DNA of 24,488 nt from assembly GCA_963820825.1 (NCBI GenBank), contig CAWGBN010000004.1:1-24488 (forward strand), in the 5' to 3' direction. Positions 9,359-18,200 of this stretch are shown piece by piece (within the stretch, counting starts at the first letter, position 1; every line of letters starts with the position of its first letter). A program made the translations under genes and the position numbers. The notes beneath the pieces were generated by a model that worked only from the letters and a program-made list of their open reading frames with translations, did no database searches and had not been told where the DNA came from. This stretch comes from Vulcanimicrobiota bacterium. GTDB lineage: Bacteria; Vulcanimicrobiota; Vulcanimicrobiia; Vulcanimicrobiales; Vulcanimicrobiaceae.

Positions 9359-11772
9359 GCCGCCGACCCTCGCCCCTGCTCCAGCCCGACGGCTCGTACG
9401 TGGTCGCCGCCGACGCACTCGCCGTCGGCTCGACGCTCGGCGGACCGACGCTCGCCGTGAAGCTGCTTGCGAACGGCGCGATAGAACACGTGCACTCCAT
9501 TCGCTCCGGCAGAGATCTCGTGCGCGGGTTCGACGTGCATCACTGGGACGCGCGGACCGGCGTCCGGCTCGCGCGCGGGCCGCGCGGATCGTTCGAGCTG
9601 AAGCCCGATCGCCAGGTGCACCGCTACGTGCTCGCCGGCACCGTCCACGTAGAAAGTACGACCTTCGTTCTCGCGGGCGAACCCGGCGACGGCACTCTTC
9701 CCGATGCGTGCTATGTTTTGATTTGCGCGCGCAACGAGGGGCACCGCGCCATCGAGCTGGCCACAGTTGCGGTGACCCGATTGAAGTTTTCCTCCTCCGA
9801 GCGGATCGACGCCCGCTTTTCGTCTCGGGCGCACGGTCTGGTCGTCTGGGACCGCGATGCCGGCGCGGCGCGCGCCGTGCTGGCCTCCGAGGCGCCCCAG
9901 TCGTGGGCGGTGACGGCGGATCACGCACGCGTCGTCGGCAGACGGTGGTACGGAGCGTTTGAACGTAATGTCGACGGCGGGGGCCCGGATCCGCTCGGTA
10001 TACTTCACCTGCAAGCGAAGCTCGACCCGGGCGCGACACATACGCTCTGGTTTGCCATCGTCGAGCTCGCCGAAGGCGAGGCCTCGATCGACGCCGCCGC
10101 CGCGGCCCTTCCGCCCGGCCGCGACGCGCTCGGGAGTACGGCGGCGTACTACCGCTCGAAGCTCGCGTTGACGCAGATGCTTTCTCCTTTCATTGAAGCC
10201 GATCGGGGCGTATATTGGGCGAAGGCTAACATGCTGCGCGTGCTTCGCGAAACGCCGACCGGGCGCGGTTTTACGAACGATCCCGGGCGTTCCAACAACT
10301 GCGTAGGACGAGATAGCTTCTGGTTCGTTCACGGCTCTGACTGGCTCGATCCATCATTCTCTCGCGAACTACTGCGCGGTTTTGCCGACAGGCAAGAAGA
10401 CGACGGAAAGATCGTCGAGTACTACGATCTCCGTACCGGCGAAACTTCGGACGACGGACTAAACGTGAACGACAACACGGCCCTCTTCGTCCTCGCGGTT
10501 TGGCACCACGCATTTGCGACCGGCGATTCCGGCTTTCTCCACGAGTTCTATGAGCCCGCTCGTCGTGCGGTCGAGCAGCTCCTGGCAAACCGCAACGATC
10601 GAGGCCTCGTGTGGTGCGATGCCGATGGGACCGGCGCTCGCGGAATCGTCGGTTGGCGCAACATCATTAAAGATTACCGTATCTCGGGTGCGACCACGGA
10701 GCTCAACAGCGAGACCTACGCGGCTTTGGGGAAACTCGCGGAGCTCGCACGAATGCTCGGCCGCGACGACGACGCGAAGCGCTACGACCTCGAAGCGAAG
10801 GCGCTGCGCGCGTCCATCGAAAAGCATTTGCGCAATCCGGACAACGGTCTGTATTATCTCACCATTGACGTCGACGGACGTCCGCGCAGTGAAATTAGCG
10901 CCGACCTCGTTTTCCCGGTGATTTTCGGCGTCGCCGACGAGGAAACCAGCGTGCGGATTGTGGAACGTCTGCGCGCGCAAGACTTCTGGACCGAGGCGGG
11001 CGTGCGAACGGTACCCCGCGACGCGCCCGAGTACGGTCCCACGCAGGGCGACGGCCTTCTCGGCGGCGTGTGGGTCGCGGTGACGTTCTGGTACGCGTTC
11101 GCCGCATCGCGGTTCGCGCCGGACGTCATGCTGGAAGCACTGCGGCAGACTTTTGCGCATTACGCGCGCGATCCCAGAGCGACCAATACCGTTCCGGGTC
11201 AGTTTTCCGAGTGGTTACACGGCGAAACGCTCGTCAACGAGGGCATGATGCTCTCGCCGTGGTTTGCGCCGCGTTACATCTGGGCCGCAATCGAAGGGGC
11301 GTGCGGCCTAACGCCGTCGCCGCGCGGTATGAGTCTTCATCCGAACCTGCCGCCGGATTGGCTCTGGCTCGGGGTGCGCAACGTACCACTGCGCGGAGAG
11401 CCCGTCTCGTGGTTCGTGGTACATCGGCACGGGAGACAACGCCTCTTCGCTACGCGCGCAGTCGAGACCGACGCACCGCTCGAAGTTTACGAACGCGACG
11501 TCACTGACGACGTCTCCGTCGAGGGTCATGACGTGGCGACGATCGCGTTCGCTCGCGACGACGGCGTCGTACTGCTCTTGGCGAACCGGTCGGAGCACAC
11601 CATAACGGTGGCCGTACGGCGGGAGGGCGCGCTGCGCCGCCATACGGTCCGCCGCGTTTTCGAGAGTCTGAACGGCGGCTGGCGGAAGGACCTGCAGCGG
11701 GAGGACGATGCCTTTGCCACGGCGATCGCGAGCAATCAGTACGCTTTAGTGGAGTTTGACAAGCGGGATTAG
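9355..11772 (+). CDS. Six-hairpin (alpha/alpha)6 glycoside hydrolase (amylo-alpha-1,6-glucosidase/GH63-MGH1-like)
   Basis: 805 aa. GRDSFW, QEDDGKI.E, D.TALFV, GW, E.NS..Y.AL, DFWT..GVRT, GGVW....W, GQFSEW catalytic-barrel pattern. GTGA overlap with the SDR stop. Confidence 0.75.
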   Translation: MSRRPSPLLQPDGSYVVAADALAVGSTLGGPTLAVKLLANGAIEHVHSIRSGRDLVRGFDVHHWDARTGVRLARGPRGSFELKPDRQVHRYVLAGTVHVESTTFVLAGEPGDGTLPDACYVLICARNEGHRAIELATVAVTRLKFSSSERIDARFSSRAHGLVVWDRDAGAARAVLASEAPQSWAVTADHARVVGRRWYGAFERNVDGGGPDPLGILHLQAKLDPGATHTLWFAIVELAEGEASIDAAAAALPPGRDALGSTAAYYRSKLALTQMLSPFIEADRGVYWAKANMLRVLRETPTGRGFTNDPGRSNNCVGRDSFWFVHGSDWLDPSFSRELLRGFADRQEDDGKIVEYYDLRTGETSDDGLNVNDNTALFVLAVWHHAFATGDSGFLHEFYEPARRAVEQLLANRNDRGLVWCDADGTGARGIVGWRNIIKDYRISGATTELNSETYAALGKLAELARMLGRDDDAKRYDLEAKALRASIEKHLRNPDNGLYYLTIDVDGRPRSEISADLVFPVIFGVADEETSVRIVERLRAQDFWTEAGVRTVPRDAPEYGPTQGDGLLGGVWVAVTFWYAFAASRFAPDVMLEALRQTFAHYARDPRATNTVPGQFSEWLHGETLVNEGMMLSPWFAPRYIWAAIEGACGLTPSPRGMSLHPNLPPDWLWLGVRNVPLRGEPVSWFVVHRHGRQRLFATRAVETDAPLEVYERDVTDDVSVEGHDVATIAFARDDGVVLLLANRSEHTITVAVRREGALRRHTVRRVFESLNGGWRKDLQREDDAFATAIASNQYALVEFDKRD

Positions 11773-11827
11773 CCTGTCGGCGACGATGCGGCGGCGGCGG
11801 GAACAACCAACCCAAAGCCGACGTTTC

Positions 11828-12492
11828 TCACGATGAGCGAAGCCATCGGAACGACCGCTCGACGAATGCTTTTGCATCGGTGTCGACACAATCGCCGTGC
11901 GCGACAATGAGTTTATCGAAGTCCCATGAGAGGATCCCTCGCAGCGACTCTCGGCCCATGCGACGACGGCGCTTTCCGAGGAAAGAAAGGCGTAGATCGC
12001 GTGGCGCGCCGCCCTGCAGTATTCCGCCCCAACGCAGGAGCACGTTACGCAGTGGGCGCCGGGGCATAGGCTGAAAGTTTTGAATGAAGTCTGCCATAAT
12101 GAGCGTGCGCGATCGACGATGAAAGAACTCGATCTCGGAAAGCACGGCGCTGCCCCGAAAGGCTATTTGGTCGATGCTCTCTCTCCCACGCTGGCGGCGG
12201 TTCGTCACCGAGCGCCGAGGCTTTCCAGACCCGCGCGCGCGGGAAGAAGTCGGCCCACAATTTTAAACGCCAGTCGTGCAGCGGGGTCGGCGAAACGAGA
12301 TGGGTTACGGGACCGACCTCTTCTACGCGCACCGCCTGCTCGAACGTCGCGGCGACTGGTGAATAGATCCAGAGCGATCCGTCGTAGAGCTTAATCACCA
12401 CCATCCGGGTTGGATATGGCATGCCGAAGAAACGTACGGTCGGTCCGTCGGCTATCCAAAAGATCGTCGCCAAAGCTTCGCAGAACGTCCAT
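11828..12492 (-). CDS. DUF4336-family protein (metallo-hydrolase-like fold); 2 frameshifts
   Basis: MDVLRSFGDD|IWIADGPTVRFFGMPYPTRMVVIKL.DGSLWIYSP...HLVSPTPLH...|E.EFFHRRSRTLIMADFIQN...WDFDKLIVAHG. Shifts at ~12462 (A-run) and ~12183 (CT repeat). An alternative in-frame ATG lies at 12573. Confidence 0.8.
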
Positions 12493-12748
12493 TGAGTTAC
12501 AAGTTGGATGAAATCGAGCGAGACCTTGCACCGGCGCTAACGTCGAGCGGTTGCGTGGCGACGGTCGCTCCATTGTTGTCGAGGTCGTACCCGCGTAGCT
12601 CGAGCCACCCGGGGCGCTCCGGCGAGTCGGTGCCCCGGAGTTGACCCGCGGGAGTGCCTCACCCTTATACCGAAGCCAAATCGTGTATTTCAAACAAGTG
12701 CGCTCGGCTGATCTTCCTTTATGGAGGTAGCCGGAGAGGGGTTCTCGA

Positions 12749-13108
12749 GTGAGAAAGTTCGTGAGTGGGTTGGTTGCGTTGACCGTGTTGACGACCGGTT
12801 TGGCCTTCGCTGCAGATGTGGGGCCCAAGGCGGACGTCGCCGCCGTGCGCGCGGCGTCGAACCGGGAGTCTCCGAGCAGACACGTGGACGCGGTGCACGT
12901 GGTCGGCGACTATGCGTTGCTCGATTGGTACGATCAGGAATCGGGAGGGTATGCGCTGTACAAGCGCACCTCGGGCGAACGATGGAAACAGATCGACTTC
13001 AGCGGCGGCGTGACCAATGTGAGTCTTATGGCCCAGCATGGCGTGCCGACTTCGATCGGGCACAAGCTTTGCTTGGGATGGGGCAGCGCGAAGCCCTGTC
13101 AACTCTGA
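12749..13108 (+). CDS. Secreted hypothetical protein (119 aa)
   Basis: SD-like GGAGAGGG, Sec signal peptide MRKFVSGLVALTVLTTGLAFA, C-terminal Cys pair. Confidence 0.75.
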   Translation: MRKFVSGLVALTVLTTGLAFAADVGPKADVAAVRAASNRESPSRHVDAVHVVGDYALLDWYDQESGGYALYKRTSGERWKQIDFSGGVTNVSLMAQHGVPTSIGHKLCLGWGSAKPCQL

Positions 13109-13174
13109 CGCGCACGCTTTTCCCCCCAAAAGTGGTAACGAACTGTGAAAAGACTCGTCTTTGAGGGCCTTGCC

Positions 13175-13561
13175 ATGAAAGCTGTACTCGTTCTCTGTGC
13201 TATAGCGGCTTCGTCGTTCTGGAGCCCGTCGCCGGCTTACGCAGGCGGCTCCGCGGTGCACCACGCTGACGGCGTTATAACGCACGTCGGGCGCGGGAAT
13301 CAAGGCACCGAATTTTACATCAAAATCAGCGGCGTTCCCGTACGGTTCTGGTTCGACAACGCCTCCAACTTCGCAATCAACGGACATCAGCCTAATTGCC
13401 AAGGAACGGCCGGCTTCGGCGATTTTACAAAAGGCACCATGCCCGGCTGCCCGGGCTGGGCTCCCGTCACCATCGGGAGAACCCGCGTTCGCGTTTCATA
13501 TCGCGAGGTCAAATCCGAGGGAAGCACCCTCCTCGTTGCGAGTTCGCTGCAGACGATATAA
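13175..13561 (+). CDS. Secreted hypothetical protein (128 aa, beta-rich)
   Basis: Signal peptide MKAVLVLCAIAASSFWSPSPAYA, SD-like GAGGG, Cys pair (NCQG...GCPG), alternating beta-strand pattern. Confidence 0.7.
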   Translation: MKAVLVLCAIAASSFWSPSPAYAGGSAVHHADGVITHVGRGNQGTEFYIKISGVPVRFWFDNASNFAINGHQPNCQGTAGFGDFTKGTMPGCPGWAPVTIGRTRVRVSYREVKSEGSTLLVASSLQTI

Positions 13562-13603
13562 ACCGCGCCTCCTAGGATGGATTTGAGCGCCCGGCGGCTA
13601 AGG

Positions 13604-13617
13604 ATTTTCCGGAAAAT
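13604..13617. promoter_or_regulatory. Perfect 14-bp palindrome immediately upstream of the TIR gene RBS
   Basis: ATTTTCCGGAAAAT, directly followed by SD GGAGG (13618-13622). Confidence 0.35.
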
Positions 13618-13628
13618 GGAGGCCCGGC

Positions 13629-15201
13629 ATGCCCTACCGCGTCTTTGTCTCGTACGCTCACAACGACGACGCTAAGCCTATAGACGGCGGCGGCGAGGGT
13701 TTCGTTAGCGCGCTCATGCGGCGCGTCAGCCACTACTTTGTCGTAGACGGGCCGCCCGTTCCCGAGTTCTTCCGCGATCTGTACGATATCCGCAAGAGTC
13801 GCGCGTACAAACCGATCATTGACGAGGGGCTCGAGACGTGCGATGCGTTGATGATCGTCCTCTCTCGCAATTGGGTCGCCTCGACCTACTGCAACCGCGA
13901 GCTAGAAACGTTTAGGAGTTTCCGCTCTCGCGAGAGCAAAAGTACCTTTCAGCAGCGGCTGATCGTCGTCTCGAAGCAATTCGTTTCCGAAGACGACCTT
14001 CCGGAGTTGCTGAAGGACAATGCCGGCTTCAGCTTTCAAGAAAGCCATAAATTCTCACGCGGAGCACGCCGAGCGGCGCGGCTGGTACGACGAGTACTTC
14101 GCCGAAGGCCAGCGCGAGCAATCGAAAGAGTTTAATTCGGCCACCCGCGAGCTGACGGCCGACCTGCGCGAGCGAACGGAAGAGCAGCTCGGCAAGGGAT
14201 CGAGCGAAAAGCGTCAGGCAGCGCAGAATCCGGCGCCGGATCGTTCCGACGCACTCTCTCGCCACGAGCGCGTCGTCTTCTTGGCGGCACCTGCCAGCGA
14301 TATGAAGGATGCCTACGATCGGCTCGTCGAGGAGCTGCAAGGGCGCGGCTATCGAGCCGTTCCGGATCCCTCCGCAAAAATGCCCAGCGACTCGACCGCC
14401 GCCGATTTTATCGAGAATGCGTTGCGCGATTCCGAGATTTCGATTCACCTGATCGGCGAAAAGGCCGGCCCGGCGCCCGAAGAGCAGGAGCCTATTCTGC
14501 CGCTCCAGCTCCGGCTCGCAGCCGAGCGTGCCGCCTCGGCGCCCGAAGGCGCGACTTTCTGCCGCATCATTTGGGCACCTCGAGCGCTTGCCGCTAACGG
14601 CGCGGCGGCCAACCCTCGCGATCCGCTCGAGGTGGTCAAGCGATTCGGCGCGATCGACGGCGATAAGATTGAAGGGTGCGAGCTCGGCAACTTCGTCGAG
14701 TTCGTCGTCAAGCATCTCGTGGATCATCCGCCGAAACGGCCGGAGGCGGAGCTGCGGCATTACAGTGCGCTCGCGCCAAATGCAAAGGTGTACGTTTGGG
14801 CACCCAAAGAGGATGCCGATTACGCGCTCGAAATTGCCGAGGCGCTCGACAAATGCAGCACGAGGCCGATTCCGACGATCTTCGACAACCGGGACGAGAC
14901 CTCAAACGCTTGGCATGAGAAACAACTGGCGACCTGCGATGCGGTGCTGATTCCGTGGGCCGCCGCAAAGCCCGGTTGGGTATTCAGCAATAGCGATCAG
15001 CTGCGGGATTGGCACGAGCTCGGACGCGACAAACCGTTTTTGCAGCGCTGCGTCGTTACCGGACCGCCGAACGCCGCCGATAAGACCTCGTTCAGACGGT
15101 TTCCGCCCCGCGAGTCCATCGACGTCGTGCTCGATCTCACGCAGAACGAAAAGCCGTCGCCTGACGACCTGAACCCCCTCTTTCCGGAGACGGACGCATA
15201 G
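13629..15201 (+). CDS. TIR-domain protein with two further TIR-like (DUF4062/SEFIR-like) domains; one frameshift at ~14054 (about 523 aa when joined)
   Basis: TIR1: VFVSYAHND...FFRD...I...L..CDALMIVLSRNWVASTYCNREL (catalytic-position Glu). Domain 2: VFLAAPASD...RLVEEL..RGY...ALRDSEISIHLIG. Domain 3: VYVWAPKED...A.AL...LATCDAVLIPW....GWV. Confidence 0.8.
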
Positions 15202-18200
15202 TGGAGCTCTCGCGCGAGCATCCCTTCCCCGGGCTTCGGCCATTTGATTTTCGCGATCGCGAGTTCTTTTTCGGTCGCGAAAAGCATACGTACGCGCTCT
15301 ACCGGCTCCTCGATCGAAGTCGCTTTGTCGCAGTCGTCGGCAGCTCGGGGAGCGGCAAGTCATCCTTGGTTCGCGCCGGTTTGCTGCCACTGCTGGCGGA
15401 GGAGCTTGACGAAGCGGGTCTCCCGATCTGGCGATCGGCTACGTTTCATCCCGGCGACCATCCGATGCGGGCGCTGCGCGACGCACTCGTCGCGCTCGCG
15501 GCAGGCGCCGATCTCGAGACGGACGTTCTCGTAAAAGACGTCGAGACCGCGCTCGGGACCTCGAGCTTCGGCTTATCGAAGGCGGTCGCCGAGATTCCCG
15601 GGCTTTCGAACCGAAAGGTTTTGCTCGTCGTCGATCAATTCGAAGAGCTCTTTCGCTACGAAGGAAGCCGCGACGAGGCAATCGATTTCGTGCAGAGGCT
15701 CCTGGAAGCCACCCGAAGCTACTCGAGCACGATTCACGTTCTCATCACGATGCGCTCGGACTTCATCGGCGATTGCGCGCAATTTCAGCGGTTGCCGGAG
15801 GCCGTCAGCCGTTCGCAGTTTTTAGTGCCGGCGCTCGACCGCGAGCAGCGCGAAGAGGTCATCTTAAAGCCGATCGCGCTCGGCGAAGCCGAAATAGAGC
15901 CGCTCTTGGTCGAGCGCCTGCTCAACGACGGGGGCGCCGAAATGGACCAGCTCCCGGTCTTGCAGCACTGTCTGTTGCGGCTATGGGAGTGCGCCGTGCT
16001 CCTCGATGGAACGCGTCGGCTCGCGGAAAAAGAGTACGACGCCATCGGCGGCATCGCGCACGCCCTGTCGCAGCATGCCGATGAGATCGTGCGGGAGCTC
16101 GGCAAGCCGCTCGAGCCGGCGGTGGAGGCGGTCTTCCGCGCGCTAAGCGAGACGGATGCCGACGGACGAGCGACGCGCCGCGCGCTTTCCTTTTCAAAAC
16201 TATTGGCCGAAACCGGCATTCCCGAAGCCGAACTGCGCCGCGTCGTCGAGCGCTTCAGTGCCGACGACTGCTCGTTCCTCGTCTTGTCTACTGCGGCCCT
16301 GACGGCGGAGACGCAGGTGGACGTCGCGCACGAAGCGCTGCTGAGAAACTGGATGAAGATCAGCGCCCCGCTCACCGTCGAAGACGGGCGCCGCGAAAGT
16401 GGATGGCTCGCGGCCGAGGCCGCGGACGGGTGGGAATATCGCGCACTCCTGAGTCTGGTCAAATCGGGTTCGGCGGGCGCAACGGTCACGCTGCCGCTCG
16501 AACAGGTCGAGCGGCGATACGAGTGGTGGAGTTCGCGCAAACGCACCGCAACGTGGGCGCAGCGCTACGGCGGCGGCTATGAACTCGTCGAAAAGCTCTT
16601 CGACGACAGCCGCGCGGAGCTGGCAAAACAACAAGAACGCCAACGGCAGGAGGCGCAGGCAGCGCGCGAACGCGAAGCGGTAGCGGAGAAGGCTCGCAGC
16701 GACGAAGTGGTGCGCCGCGTTCAAGAAGAGTTCGCGCGAGTCCGCGCTCGACGCACGCTCATCGCCGCCGTCGCCATGGCCGTGCTTGCGCTCGTCGCGC
16801 TCGGCAGCACGGCCTGGGCGCTCCTAAAGGACCACCAACTGACGGTCGCTAACGACGCCGCGGCCACCTTAAACGAGAGGCTCTCTCGCGCCAACACTCA
16901 GCTCCAGCAGCTCAACGGCCAAAAAGACGCGAACATCAAAGTCAAGACCGCGCAAGCGCGCGTTCTCGCCGCGCAGAGAGACAAACTCACAGCCCAAAAG
17001 AATCAGCTGGCGCAGGCCGGTGCGAAGATCATGTTGGAAAAAGCGACGCTCGCCACGGTAAACTCGAAGCTGACGTCCGCGGTCGCCCAGCTGGCGGCGA
17101 CGAACAAACGCTCGATCATCCTCTGGGAGGAGCAGCTCACGCACTCGCAGGCCTCCGGAAAGCGGATGCTCACGGCGGACGTGCAAGAGCATCCGAACGA
17201 CATCTCCGCTCGCGTTGCCCTCGGCGTATATAACGAGGTGACCGGCGACCTGGCAGGGGCGCAGCAGCAGTTCCAATCGGCGCACAGCCCGAACGATGCG
17301 TTCGTAGACGCGTCGCTCTGCGACGTGATCGCGGCTCGGGCGGTTGCTCCCTCCAACAAATACTCGGCGAGCGAGAAAAAGAGCTTGCTCCAGAAAGCGC
17401 TCGAGGACTGCAATACAGCGCTGCGGCTATCGCCGAACATGACCTACGCGCTGCGTTCGCGCGCCGACGTACAATACGATCTCAGCCTGTTACCCGGGGG
17501 CGATCGTTATCGGGCGGGCGCCGTGGGCAGCGTGCAGCGTGCGCTCGCGATCGACCCGACCGAAGAGGTCAGTTTGCGCTATATGTGCGAGCTGGAGTTC
17601 ACGGCGAAAGATTACGATGCCGCAATCGCCTATTGCACGCGCGCCGCAAAGGCTTATCATAGATCGTCCCCAGCGCAGCCGGTTGCGTACATCGGCCTCG
17701 GGAGGGCGGAGATCGACAAAGATGAGTATGCCGCCGCCATCGCAGCCTTGACGGCCGCGATCGAGATCGATAACAAGTACTACGATGCTTATTACTTCAG
17801 AGCGCAGGCCAAAGCCATCAGCGGCATCGATTTGCTCGGCGCCGAGCGAGACCTAGCGTACGTCCTAAAGAATGACGCGCAAGCGTACCGCACCGGCCAG
17901 GGTTTCTACAACGCGCATTACTGGCTGGGTGTGGCCGAAGCAAAGAACGGCGATCCGGGAGCCGTTGCCGATCTCACCGCAGCGCTGCGAAGTAAACCTA
18001 ACGACTATTGGAGCACGTTTTGGCTTGGCAAGGCGCTGATACAGCAGCAGAGTTGGCAGGCCGCGATCGCCGCCATGTCCCACACCCACGAGTGGAATAC
18101 CTACTACTATTTGGCTTATGCGAAGCTGCGCGCGGGTGATTATCGCGGTGCGCGCCCGGACGCTCAACGGTACATAAGTCAAAATCCAAGTCGTGGCGAC

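Noticed and set aside
8534..10039. 501-aa minus-strand ORF (also 9295-10332, 7693-8550, 703-1440)
   Set aside because: Arg-rich shadow frames opposite genes with clear motifs.
11773..11827. Intrinsic terminator between convergent genes
   Set aside because: The GTCGGC/GCCGAC arms are too far apart and the U-tract is weak.
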